This document shows, piece by piece, positions 55,532-64,000 of a stretch of 64,000 nt of DNA. The stretch spans positions 2,330 to 66,329 of IMG/VR virus record IMGVR_UViG_3300030397_000598. One strand, 5' to 3'. The notes under the pieces are model-generated. The model saw nothing but the letters and a program-made list of their open reading frames with translations. It searched no databases and was not told the origin of the DNA. The first letter of the stretch is position 1. Every line of letters starts with the position of its first letter. The position numbers and the translations under genes are program-made. This DNA comes from a virus.

Positions 55532-55897
55532 TCATGTACTTATTTTAAGTTCTGGCTTGGGCGAATACCTCGCCGGTGCATTGCCGTTTTCATCAGTCCA
55601 GTTCAGCCCCTTGTTCATGAATTCGTGAACCTCCGGAAGCTTTACCGGTAGTTCGTTTTCGATCAGTTCCTTTGGCTTGAACTTCCGGGCTTTCTCGTTG
55701 TAGAAGTCGAGCCACTTCTGAAACTCGTTTCTCTTGATAAGATCACTTGCCATTGCGGCATTTTCACTAATCAGTATCGCAGACCTTCGGCTATCGATTA
55801 TTGAGTATTCTCTTTTAAGATCCTCAATGGTTTTAATTTGGGCGCTGCTGGCAGTGCATAGCGCCGCCAGGATGAGCGTAAGTAGAATCGGTTTCAT
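55532..55897 (-). CDS. Exported protein (signal peptide)
   Basis: MKPILLTLILAALCTASSAQ. Confidence 0.6.
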   Translation of the reverse strand: MKPILLTLILAALCTASSAQIKTIEDLKREYSIIDSRRSAILISENAAMASDLIKRNEFQKWLDFYNEKARKFKPKELIENELPVKLPEVHEFMNKGLNWTDENGNAPARYSPKPELKIST

Positions 55898-55920
55898 TGC
55901 TATATTGATTTGTTAGTATG

Positions 55921-56775
55921 CTACTTCCAGCTTTCTGCTGTGTATCTTATTACTAGAGAGGTTCCGACGCCAGCAGAGACCATCAGGGCACCGATAAAGA
56001 AAGCTGCCAAATGATCAAGTCCGGGCGTAAGAAACAAGACAACCATGCTACCCGATCCGATGAAGATTGCAAACATGGTTGCGACTCTCAGGTTGTCCCA
56101 AAACTTCAGTTTTTCCTTGGCTAACCAGTTCCCTGTAAGTCTTTCGTATTGCTGGTGATCAAACTTCTGAATTGCCAGCCGTAGCGGTATTAATTCCACT
56201 ACGAAAAACAGGAAGTGGAACAGCCATCTAAGCGAAGCCGGGTAGTTCTGTATCTGATACTTTATGGACATCATTTCAGTACTCACACCGGCGTACATTT
56301 TTACGCCAATCCTGACCATTAGCTCAGTTCCGAAATAACTAATCGTGGTTGCCCAACTGAGAATGATCAAAAACGAGATTATGACGGTTATCAGGCCATA
56401 AGAAGAAAAGTTTACGGCATTGTTAGGACGCCTTTTCCCCTTACTAGTACTTGCATTATTACGTGCTAAGATACGTTTTTTTTCGCTATTTAGCACGTTT
56501 TCGTTAACATTGTATTCACTTATTCCGAATTCTTCTGATAGCCGCCGCCGAGCCTCTTTTTTGAATTCCAACTTTGGGCTTTTTTCGGCCCTGTGCTTGA
56601 GTAGGGCGATGTAGTTTTCCTTTACAAGTAGGTATCTTGGATCTCCGACAATGGGAACGGGGAGTTCCCCGCGTTCCTCCATCCTGTCAATGATGTTCCT
56701 GAGCCGGTTAGAATGTCCGATACCCTGGTTTATCGTTTTGCTTGTGATGTCGTATAGATTAGTTTCGGGATTCAT
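55921..56775 (-). CDS. Multi-TM membrane protein with a soluble N-terminal region
   Basis: About 4 hydrophobic segments in the C-terminal half. Confidence 0.65.
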   Translation of the reverse strand: MNPETNLYDITSKTINQGIGHSNRLRNIIDRMEERGELPVPIVGDPRYLLVKENYIALLKHRAEKSPKLEFKKEARRRLSEEFGISEYNVNENVLNSEKKRILARNNASTSKGKRRPNNAVNFSSYGLITVIISFLIILSWATTISYFGTELMVRIGVKMYAGVSTEMMSIKYQIQNYPASLRWLFHFLFFVVELIPLRLAIQKFDHQQYERLTGNWLAKEKLKFWDNLRVATMFAIFIGSGSMVVLFLTPGLDHLAAFFIGALMVSAGVGTSLVIRYTAESWK

Positions 56776-57281
56776 GCTCTTTTGTTTTTCGGTTTACTGT
56801 ATTTTCTTATCCTGGCTTTAATGGCCTTCTGCTTCATTTCGGTCAGGTTAACCTCTATGATTTCGGCTGCGTTTTGATAATGCATGATCGTGTTGTTCAG
56901 ATAGTGCTTGACAACCTCCCGAACTGCCTCCACATTGTAGCAGACACATACATACCTTTTGCAGTTCTGAAAGTTCACCATCCATTCCAGTTGTTCGAGT
57001 GTCGGCTCATCCGGCTTAGTCTTTCCTTTTTGAATGGTCTTTAGCTCTATCACAAGGCCGTAGAACATCTTATTAGGGTTGATGACAATGATATCATGTA
57101 CGCCTTTTTTGACGCCCTTACGCTTGAGGGTTGCGCCCTGGCGCTGAGTCGTCTTACGCTCATTGGCTACGTGGAACCAACGCAGACCCGGCCAGGAATC
57201 GAGCGCCTTTGCTGCCGCCTCCTGAAACCGGTCTTCGTAACCTCGGTAGGGTTTTGATTTTCCGTATGCGGGGTATTTCAT
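56772..57281 (-). CDS. VRR-NUC (Holliday-junction resolvase-like) nuclease
   Basis: EDRFQ..WFHVANER..GVKKGVHDII..IELKT..EQLEW. Confidence 0.8.
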   Translation of the reverse strand: MKYPAYGKSKPYRGYEDRFQEAAAKALDSWPGLRWFHVANERKTTQRQGATLKRKGVKKGVHDIIVINPNKMFYGLVIELKTIQKGKTKPDEPTLEQLEWMVNFQNCKRYVCVCYNVEAVREVVKHYLNNTIMHYQNAAEIIEVNLTEMKQKAIKARIRKYSKPKNKRA

Positions 57282-57679
57282 TCGTAGAACCTTTCGTCGT
57301 TGTTTAGGCTTTCGAAGGATTTCAATAGATTGGACTCAATCAGTTTGAAATTGTCCCTGAAGTCTTCGAACTCCAAAGGGTTTGCCTCGAAGTTCCACCA
57401 AACACCGTGTTTCTGAGCCGTCAACGACACTTTTAGTGTCACATAGTCCCCGCCGTGGTATTTTACACCAGCATACCAGAGCCATACATTGACACAAAGA
57501 TTATCGTTTGATTCGCACAGATACGGAACATTGAATTTCTTTTGAAAGAAAGTCGAAAATTCCGCCGTACGGGATTGATTGGCCGCTGGTTCCTCTTTAT
57601 ATCCTTCCTCTGAAAGAATAAAACGAACGAGCCGCAATTGGTTTTCCCAAAGTTTCATATGATCATTGTTGATTATCAC
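57278..57679 (-). CDS. Hypothetical protein
   Basis: 133 aa, ATGA overlaps. Confidence 0.6.
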   Translation of the reverse strand: MIINNDHMKLWENQLRLVRFILSEEGYKEEPAANQSRTAEFSTFFQKKFNVPYLCESNDNLCVNVWLWYAGVKYHGGDYVTLKVSLTAQKHGVWWNFEANPLEFEDFRDNFKLIESNLLKSFESLNNDERFYE

Positions 57680-58001
57680 CTAAAAAAGACATTCGGCCCT
57701 GTCTATTATTCATTATGTCCTCCAACCTGTCCTGATATATCCGGTTCATTTCAGAAAAAGGCAAATCCTCGAATTTTGGCTTTTCTCCGGGACTGATTCT
57801 ATTCCACACACGGATCACCTGAACGATATCGGAAGGACCACCGTTTGTTAGATCCTCGTTCCAATGCACCAATCCGTAATTACCGTCACGCATGCTTAAA
57901 ATCATTCCGTCCTTTACGCATTGACAAACGGTTCCTGTATCCCCATCCCGCATTACTACCACGTCGCCGTGCTTTAATTCTGATTTTTTCATATCCGTCA
58001 A
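57663..58001 (-). CDS. Hypothetical protein
   Basis: 112 aa; ELKHGDVVVMRDG..W.EDL..DIVQV. Confidence 0.6.
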   Translation of the reverse strand: MTDMKKSELKHGDVVVMRDGDTGTVCQCVKDGMILSMRDGNYGLVHWNEDLTNGGPSDIVQVIRVWNRISPGEKPKFEDLPFSEMNRIYQDRLEDIMNNRQGRMSFLGDNQQ

Positions 58002-58267
58002 TTTTGCTGGCCCTTTTTTCGCAGCCAGAAATCACCAACTTGGTTTAAAAGAGATTCCATTTTTTCAATGGCCTGATTTTCCGGTAGCGCCCCGACATCA
58101 TCCCTGAACAGTATGAGCAACTGACCACAGGCACCAAAAAAAGCCTCTTTCATCATCTTTCTTTGAAGTGGTGGCATTTTTCGTTTGTCAATGTCCATTC
58201 TGTGAAGGAATAGATTGTATTGGTGGTCCAGGCTAAAAATATCTCCTTTGGGTTCGTTTTTTTTCAT
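57998..58267 (-). CDS. Conserved small phage protein
   Basis: 89 aa; MMKEAFFGACGQLL. Confidence 0.6.
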   Translation of the reverse strand: MKKNEPKGDIFSLDHQYNLFLHRMDIDKRKMPPLQRKMMKEAFFGACGQLLILFRDDVGALPENQAIEKMESLLNQVGDFWLRKKGQQN

Positions 58268-58998
58268 TTCTTGAATTCATTTAGTGTAGTGAAGTGACCG
58301 CCAGCCAGATTATCAATAGGATAATGAATTAGAGATCCGCTACGCCCCATCGAAGCCACACAAGCGGCAATAAAAAGGTTTGTGTAGCAGTTGGTATCCA
58401 GGTGAAAAACGTCGTCCAGGACTTCAACGGCGGTCAGAAACTTGGTTCCGTGTCCGGCAGGATACGACCAATGGCCGGGGTGAATCCAGTTGGCAACACC
58501 GGTTAAATCGATGCCGTTAGACAGGGCGTAAACCAGTGGCCTTTCGACCTTGTAAAAATACTTGGCATCAAAGCACTTTTCCAGGGTGACCTTTAGCCGG
58601 GTGGCGTATGCCTTAATGTAGCCAATTCCGGAACCGTCAATGAATCCTTTGTCACGTTTATGGCGCTGACCTTCGCTCAAACAGTAAGACAGGGCAAGGT
58701 TGAAAAACTCCGTACATTGGTCGTTTTGGACGAATTGAACAACCTCACGCCAAGTATTCATTTTCATGACTGACCTGACGGCCTCTGCCACTTCTCTGTA
58801 GGTCGTAATTATCGGTAATTGGTCGTCGATAATCTCCACGACATGAAACCAAGTTAATGAGTCCTGATCGCCAGCCGCCAAGTGGTTTAGCCGGATTGCC
58901 TGGGACAGTTGTTCGTCCTGGTCAAATAATGGTTCTTCGAGACCGTGCGCTGTTGTTGATTCCCGTTGTTCAACGGTCATTTGTGGTAACTCAATCAT
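58264..58998 (-). CDS. PAP2/vanadium-haloperoxidase superfamily phosphatase-like protein
   Basis: K-x6-RP (KYFYKVERP), SYPAGH (PSGH-like) and GR-x5-H-x3-D (GRSGSLIHYPID) motifs in order. Confidence 0.75.
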   Translation of the reverse strand: MIELPQMTVEQRESTTAHGLEEPLFDQDEQLSQAIRLNHLAAGDQDSLTWFHVVEIIDDQLPIITTYREVAEAVRSVMKMNTWREVVQFVQNDQCTEFFNLALSYCLSEGQRHKRDKGFIDGSGIGYIKAYATRLKVTLEKCFDAKYFYKVERPLVYALSNGIDLTGVANWIHPGHWSYPAGHGTKFLTAVEVLDDVFHLDTNCYTNLFIAACVASMGRSGSLIHYPIDNLAGGHFTTLNEFKK

Positions 58999-59007
58999 GA
59001 TTTAATT

Positions 59008-59424
59008 TTATTTGTTAGCTCTTGGAATGTGTCGCCATCTGACCGCATCGGGTATGCAAAAGTGATCGTAACCGGGTGAAGATTCCCAACCGTATTCTTC
59101 ATCTCCTTCAACTACGCAGTAGTAATAGTTTCCGACGTACATATGCCCTTTAGAATCTTCGATTACCACCGGAATGGACTTCCTCTCTACTTGCGGGTCA
59201 AAAGGACTTTCCCTATATTTTTCCGCCCCTAATTCCGGCTGGCATTCACTGCAATCAATCCATTGTGCCGCCTCCCATTCTTCCAGTATCTCCGCCGCTT
59301 TCTCCTTCCATTGCGTCGCCGGTGAGAGCGGGTTGAATGTAATGGCGTGTAGTTTGTTTATTAGTTCTTCTCGGCTCATAGGGTCACAGATTTTCGTTGC
59401 AAACTTCGATGCAATCAGAAGCAA
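59008..59424 (-). CDS. DUF551-like phage protein
   Basis: WIDCSECQPE..MYVGNY..VRWRHIP. Confidence 0.6.
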   Translation of the reverse strand: MLLIASKFATKICDPMSREELINKLHAITFNPLSPATQWKEKAAEILEEWEAAQWIDCSECQPELGAEKYRESPFDPQVERKSIPVVIEDSKGHMYVGNYYYCVVEGDEEYGWESSPGYDHFCIPDAVRWRHIPRANK

Positions 59425-59821
59425 GCATGTACGCTATTTCTGCAACCGAACGGCAATCTAGCTTTGCGGTGTGCCGTGATAACTTACCTGCATTTTGAGC
59501 TATTTGGAAAGCCGTAGGCAATGATTGTGCAACGAAATACTGCATAATGGTGATACCCATTTCGCCCTGGCCGTTGAATGCTGGTGATAGCTGTTCCGGT
59601 GTCGGCACGTCCTGTGATTTAGATTCTTCTTTTACGACTATTTCCCTCATGATCCTTATCAGTTCGTCCGCGTCTTCATCGCGTTCCATACAGGTAATAT
59701 AGGCCCCTGCCGCGTCGTACTCATCTAACAATTCTCTCAATCTTTGAATATTCTCCTTCATTGTTTTGACTTTAGTTTTTCCAAAATGGTGTGAGGGCAT
59801 TCTCCGATTGGCTTGCCGCAA
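59384..59821 (-). CDS. Hypothetical protein (true start probably MKENIQ)
   Basis: MGITIMQYFVAQSL pattern common in phage proteins. Confidence 0.5.
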   Translation of the reverse strand: MRQANRRMPSHHFGKTKVKTMKENIQRLRELLDEYDAAGAYITCMERDEDADELIRIMREIVVKEESKSQDVPTPEQLSPAFNGQGEMGITIMQYFVAQSLPTAFQIAQNAGKLSRHTAKLDCRSVAEIAYMLASDCIEVCNENL

Positions 59822-59862
59822 TCACACGTTTTCTCTTTGGGTTGGTCGTCGGTTTTCATCGA

Positions 59863-60183
59863 TCAATAGTTTGGTTCCCACCCATTGATTGACATTTCAA
59901 TCACTTTCAGGTGTTCGAGTGAGGAAATATTAAAATCAAGGTTGGAGCCGTCGCCGAGGATCAGGCAAAAGCAGGAGCCGTCATGCTTTACCGCCAGCGT
60001 CAGAGGTACCATGTCGTCCTCTGTATCCTCTCCTATCTGCTTCTCGTAGCAGTACAGCCCCTCCGTCCGTTCAAATCCGTATTCGGTAAGATCGTCGTGA
60101 CCGATATTTATTTTAGGGTGTACCATTCGAGACGCTTCGCCCATTTTTACAGATAGCTCCTGCATGAATTCTTGCTTTGTCAT
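59863..60183 (-). CDS. Hypothetical acidic protein
   Basis: 106 aa, coupled upstream. Confidence 0.6.
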   Translation of the reverse strand: MTKQEFMQELSVKMGEASRMVHPKINIGHDDLTEYGFERTEGLYCYEKQIGEDTEDDMVPLTLAVKHDGSCFCLILGDGSNLDFNISSLEHLKVIEMSINGWEPNY

Positions 60184-60566
60184 TTTCCTGTTCTTTGTTC
60201 TAAAAATCGCTGCAACAAATCCATTGGATAGGTAAACCAGTGCAACAGCACTTCCTTGTTTTCAGATCTCCATTCAGCCCAAGAATCATCGGAAAGCACA
60301 TGGTCTATCCAGTCGGAATGCTCTATTTTCTTTTCGAAGCTATCGTCTCCATTGTCACACCTTTCGCATAAATGACCAGGGTAGTACAGGTGAGACGAGC
60401 AAAAGTGTAAACCGCATCCGTCTTCACCGCCGTAAGGTTCCCCGCCACAAACAGCGTGCAATCCCCTGGTTATTTCTTCTTTACAATCCGGATGGTCACA
60501 ATATGCGGGGACTCCGTAACCCACGAATCTTTGGTGATTTTCATCAAAGCCCAATGCCCAACCCAT
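60180..60566 (-). CDS. Conserved Cys/His-rich phage protein
   Basis: Likely start MGWALG at 60566; GYGVPAYCDHPDC..RGL..CG..GCGLHFC..HL. Confidence 0.7.
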   Translation of the reverse strand: MGWALGFDENHQRFVGYGVPAYCDHPDCKEEITRGLHAVCGGEPYGGEDGCGLHFCSSHLYYPGHLCERCDNGDDSFEKKIEHSDWIDHVLSDDSWAEWRSENKEVLLHWFTYPMDLLQRFLEQRTGK

Positions 60567-60582
60567 AGCGTTAATTTTTCGG

Positions 60583-62163
60583 TTAAAAAATAGGGTTATC
60601 AGTCCGCGCCGACTCCATAGGGTCGGTGTCCTCCCATGCGTCGGAAGGTCGAGCGATTGGAAACTGCGTGGCCGGTGTCGTTTCGGGTCCTGCAATACCC
60701 GGTATTGGTTCGAATACTTCCAGGGCGTCGAAAGTATGGTCGTCCATATCGACAAATTGGGTTCTGTGACCGATGAATTTCAGCATGATTGTCTTTAAGT
60801 CTCCGCTTCGGTTTTTGGCAAAGATGATCTCTGCCACACCTTTCAGGCTTTGGCCTTCCTCGTCTTCCAGTATGTCATAATATTCGGGCCGATAGATGAA
60901 AATTACCTGATCCGCGTCTTGCTCAATGGCCCCGCTTTCGCGTAGGTCCGACAGTTGGGGTCTTTTGGTCCCTCCCCTTATTTCGACCGCACGGCTTAAC
61001 TGAGATAGGGCTAAAACTGGAATGTCCAACTCTTTTGCTATGGCCTTTAGCTCTCGGCTGATCTCTGCAACTTCCTGCTCCCTAATGCTCTTTCCTTTCC
61101 TTCCTTTGATCTGCATCAATTGCAAGTAGTCGACAATGATCATGTCTATATCGAACATCTTTTTCAATTTCCGGGCTTTACTGCGAAGCTCGAAAGGACC
61201 AATGGCACCAGTGTCGTCGATATAGATATCAGATTCAGAGATTTTTTCAAAGGCATTCAAAAACGCTTGGTGTTCGTGCGCTTCCAACTCTTTGGGATTC
61301 TTGAGTTTCCTAACCGGGATTCCCGTTTCCATCGAAATCATCCGGTGAAAAATCTGAACGTCCGACATTTCCAGCGAGAAAATAGCCACGCGCTTGCCCA
61401 GGTAAAGCGTCGCGTTTAGGGCCATGCTGGTAACGAATGCGCTTTTACCCATACCGGGACGGGCAGCGATTACTATCAAATCGGATTTTTGCCAACCTCC
61501 GGTAAACCGGTCAAGGGTTGCAATCCCTCCCGGAACGCCGGTCAATCCGTCCTCCCGGTTCATTCTATCCTCGAAATCCTTTAGGACCTTTGCACCTATT
61601 TTAGACATTGTTGCCACCTCTTTGGACTGCATCCCTTCCATGATCGAAAAGATGTTTTCCAAAACACTATCCACGACTTCCAGCGGGTCGGCAGTGTCGT
61701 CGTATCCATCCTCAATCAGCGTTGCGCCGACTCCTATTGCGCTTCTGCGGATGTACTTTTGCTGAATGATCCGGCAATGGAACTCAATATTAGCGGCAGA
61801 TGCCACTCGGGTAGTTAATTCGGCCAAGTACCCAGGCCCCCCCACCTCGTCAAGCTTGCCCATTTCTTTGAGCTTTTCCATGACCGTAAGCTCGTCGATG
61901 GGCTGGGACTTCATCCACAGCGAAAGCATTGCCTCGAAAATGTGCCGGTGAGCATCGATGTAGAACGACTCCGAAGACAAAACCGAATACACGACCGGGA
62001 AACCCTCCCGGTCAACCATGCAAGCGCCTAAAACGGCTTGCTCCAAATCCGGGGCTTGTGGGGTTAGCTTCCCAAAAACATATTGGGACAGTTGGTCGTC
62101 TTGAGGGACTACCGGCGTCATTTGCGCCTTGTGTTTCGGTTTGAGTGCTACGGTTGCGGTCAT
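60583..62163 (-). CDS. dnaB: Replicative DNA helicase
   Basis: AARPGMGKSAF, IFSLEMS, IIVDYLQL, LSQLSRAVE, PQLSDLRESGAIEQDAD. Confidence 0.97.
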   Translation of the reverse strand: MTATVALKPKHKAQMTPVVPQDDQLSQYVFGKLTPQAPDLEQAVLGACMVDREGFPVVYSVLSSESFYIDAHRHIFEAMLSLWMKSQPIDELTVMEKLKEMGKLDEVGGPGYLAELTTRVASAANIEFHCRIIQQKYIRRSAIGVGATLIEDGYDDTADPLEVVDSVLENIFSIMEGMQSKEVATMSKIGAKVLKDFEDRMNREDGLTGVPGGIATLDRFTGGWQKSDLIVIAARPGMGKSAFVTSMALNATLYLGKRVAIFSLEMSDVQIFHRMISMETGIPVRKLKNPKELEAHEHQAFLNAFEKISESDIYIDDTGAIGPFELRSKARKLKKMFDIDMIIVDYLQLMQIKGRKGKSIREQEVAEISRELKAIAKELDIPVLALSQLSRAVEIRGGTKRPQLSDLRESGAIEQDADQVIFIYRPEYYDILEDEEGQSLKGVAEIIFAKNRSGDLKTIMLKFIGHRTQFVDMDDHTFDALEVFEPIPGIAGPETTPATQFPIARPSDAWEDTDPMESARTDNPIF

Positions 62164-62197
62164 CGGATTGAATTATTAGGATTGAATTAATTTGCTG

Positions 62198-63013
62198 CTA
62201 CCTGAAAATTTTGCCGTCGTCCGGCTTTTTGTATGTCGCTGATTGGGGCTGATCGGCTTTGTCTCGCTTCTGCTTTTCCCTCAAATGCTTTAGGATGAAA
62301 TTCCGGAAGTGCCGATAATCTTTGATTTCAACTTGCCACAACTTCGCTTGATCCATAACTTCCTCAAAAAGATTCTTATCCAACTTCGCCTTAAATTGCC
62401 TTTGGATCTGCTCCGCGAAATTGTAATCCGATTGAAGAGTCAAGAACCATTCTTCCGGCGAATCTCCGGCCAATTCGTTCATTTTGCTTTTTGATACCGC
62501 TTGGCGATCTATGTGCGGTGGTGGTTGGAAATTTTTTTCTTCCGGATTAATATTAAAATTGTTAATACTGTTATTAACCTTATTACTAGTTATTGAAGCG
62601 TTCACTGAGGGTGCAGTGAGTGTTCCGTGAGGGTGCAATGACTGTTCATTGAGTGTGCTTTGAGGGTGCAATGAGTGTTCATTGAGTGTTCCGTGAGTGT
62701 TCACTGACTGTTCAAAATTGCACAAGCTTATCAGGTGTGGGCTGTGCTGGTTTCTGGTCCAGAATACAATCTTGATCACCCCTGCGTCTTGTAACTTGTG
62801 TATAGCCGTTTTAAAGGTAGAACGGTTGCCTATTCCTAGCTCCTCCATAACTTGACTACCATACACGCCTATTTCTTCTTTCCAGGCCAATCTATTGAAC
62901 AGGAAAACCAAGTGATAAAACAGCGCGTGGTGTATCGGCTTCAATCCGCTTGTCTTGAATGATATTTCAACCCAAGCCCTATGCAAGTAGAATATGTTTC
63001 TGTTATTGCTCAC
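62198..63013 (-). CDS. Phage replication initiator (replisome organiser)
   Basis: N-terminal wHTH-like ALFYHL..LGIGNRSTFKTAIHKLQDAGVI; internal iterons; directly upstream of dnaB. Confidence 0.75.
   Translation of the reverse strand: MSNNRNIFYLHRAWVEISFKTSGLKPIHHALFYHLVFLFNRLAWKEEIGVYGSQVMEELGIGNRSTFKTAIHKLQDAGVIKIVFWTRNQHSPHLISLCNFEQSVNTHGTLNEHSLHPQSTLNEQSLHPHGTLTAPSVNASITSNKVNNSINNFNINPEEKNFQPPPHIDRQAVSKSKMNELAGDSPEEWFLTLQSDYNFAEQIQRQFKAKLDKNLFEEVMDQAKLWQVEIKDYRHFRNFILKHLREKQKRDKADQPQSATYKKPDDGKIFR
62548..62715. repeat. Replication origin: ten tandem 11-bp iterons (TGA[G/C][T/G]GT[T/G]Cnn) plus adjacent AT-rich tract
   Basis: 62606-62715 = 10 x 11 bp; AT-rich 62548-62594. Confidence 0.8.
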
Positions 63014-63208
63014 TAGGTAGTTTTAATCCAGTGAAAAAATCACGTCCTGAACAATTACAGGTGAGAAAATTACATCTGATACAATTACATCCCCATTCTT
63101 GACGGGCACCAAACGCCCATAAGTGTAGCTTTGGAAAAAGGTCATCTCCGTAAAATTTGGTCTGATCTCTTAGGAAGGATCAGGATTGAATCAATGTACT
63201 TAAATTAG

Positions 63209-63468
63209 GCAAACAGAAGACAAAGGACCGATTCACCCGGTTTTAGGCTTGAAGCGTTTTACCGCTTCTGCTTCTTCAGTAAGTTCAGCAATCACCTATT
63301 CTTGGGACACCCTACACGGTCTACCAGAGGCCCTACTAGATTATTACGGGCTTGGGTTACTCTTCTGTTTGCTTTGTGAGGAAATCCCGAGTCGAACGGT
63401 ACGAAAAAGAATTGACTAGTATACCCTTTTTCGCGTAAGCACAAGGCAGGACCACTCCGGCGATTCCT
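63209..63468 (-). ncRNA. Candidate structured ncRNA (two domains, one with a T-loop-like GTTCGACT)
   Basis: 12-bp stem 63209-63220/63361-63372 enclosing hairpins; second domain with an 8-bp stem and CCG-TTCGACT-CGG; no ORF of 60 aa or more. Confidence 0.4.
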
Positions 63469-63680
63469 TGGAGTTCTGTCTAGAAAAAAACATCCTTAGA
63501 ACCTGCTCGATTCCCCCGTTTTAAAATGTGGCAGCAACGCAGTATGAAAGAAGTGAAAAAGTGAATAATGTGCTGCCACAAAATATAATCCTATAAACTT
63601 ATGAAGACTTTGAAAAGTGGCAGGGCAGCGAGTGCCCCGCCTCCTACACGCTTTCTCTTTCTACTAATAAAATGTTCTTC

Positions 63681-63753
63681 GGTGAATCGGTGGGGTTCGA
63701 ACCCACATCCCCCGCGATAACTGCGGGATCTTGCCAGTTAGAAGACGATTCAC
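63681..63753 (-). tRNA. tRNA-like gene with a non-canonical anticodon loop (central triplet TTA)
   Basis: GTGAATCG/CGATTCAC acceptor, TCTT/AAGA D-arm, CCCGC-AGTTATC-GCGGG, GTGGG-TTCGAAC-CCCAC; lacks U33, purine 37 and CCA. Confidence 0.6.
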
Positions 63754-64000
63754 ACAGTTCGTCAATTGACGGACCTAGTTCAAAATGCCGTTAGTTTTAG
63801 GCGACTTTTCACCCTTCACTAACAAACAGGCAGACAATCCAAAATACAAGCAAGTGATCCCTATTGATATGCCCTGCCTGTTTAATCTTTCCCCGGCGTT
63901 AACCGGGGCTGAATTACATGAAACAAACAAATTCACATTAAAAAAATTTATAATCCCTTGAAAATTCAGATTCATATTTCAATCTCTACCGGATCTCCAT

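Larger units (their letters stand above)
1..64000. mobile_element. Temperate tailed bacteriophage genome (near complete; Bacteroidota host inferred), probably in excised/extrachromosomal form
   Basis: Terminase, portal, protease, capsid, tape measure, integrase, repressor, DnaB and RecE-like genes are all present; no host housekeeping genes; the integrase and attP-like site are internal with phage genes on both sides. Confidence 0.93.

Noticed and set aside
387-62494. Numerous plus-strand ORFs in the track overlapping minus-strand genes (e.g. 10244-10696, 12155-12667, 15817-16419, 28335-28853)
   Set aside because: Antisense shadows of well-supported genes with no recognisable motifs
63260-63290. 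Hammerhead ribozyme (CTGAAGA on the minus strand)
   Set aside because: No GAAA core element after stem II in the correct position
63376-63512. RNase P RNA-like CR-I motif GAGGAAATCCCGAG on the plus strand
   Set aside because: No convincing P4 partner or CR-V, and the orientation opposes local transcription
63775-63975. 66-aa minus-strand ORF at the right edge
   Set aside because: No motif and the region contains hairpins; it cannot be distinguished from non-coding leader
1-64000. Circular closure of the window (right end continuing the RecE-like ORF)
   Set aside because: Joining the ends adds only HGDPVEIEI* to the ORF, which looks too short for a RecE C-terminus, and no terminal repeat is visible; the window is probably a slice of a longer contig
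1-64000. Stop-codon recoding suggested by the TTA-loop tRNA-like gene
   Set aside because: Core genes (TerL, portal, capsid, tape measure) are full length in the standard code, and TAA, TAG and TGA all serve as normal stops
1-64000. CRISPR mini-array, DGR or tail-fibre shufflon
   Set aside because: No regularly spaced 25-47 bp repeats, reverse transcriptase, TR/VR pair or invertase seen by eye; a self-dotplot would be decisive

Overview
The whole window is one near-complete temperate tailed (siphovirus-like) phage genome. No host housekeeping genes are present. Almost every gene is on the minus strand. Canonical TTG/TTTG-N19-20-TAnnTTTG promoters, a Bacteroidota-type tyrosine integrase, a DnaB with a GKLTPQA N-terminus and EAD11 domains point to a Bacteroidota host. 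Reading right to left: tRNA-like and structured ncRNA cluster, replication initiator with an internal iteron origin, DnaB, an early accessory region (PAP2-like phosphatase, VRR-NUC, ASCH, MazG-like, XRE regulator), a candidate intact attP, an EAD11-only protein and the integrase. Then come a membrane-protein cluster, TerS/TerL, a tail module (chaperone with a -1 slippery site, tape measure), a low-GC cargo block (4TM-EAD11, lipoprotein, Fic) and a head module (S49 protease, capsid, tube-like protein, portal). The left end holds fibre/tailspike-like proteins and lipoproteins that all carry export signals, a holin-like cassette with no recognisable endolysin, a TPR protein, a CI-like repressor and SSB-like/RecE-like genes running off the edge. 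The strongest novelty candidates are a phage EAD11-only possible immune decoy, the exported fibre/lipoprotein run, a TPR receptor plus small peptides near the lysis-lysogeny switch, and non-canonical tRNA-like RNAs. All family calls come from motif recognition by eye; no searches were run.
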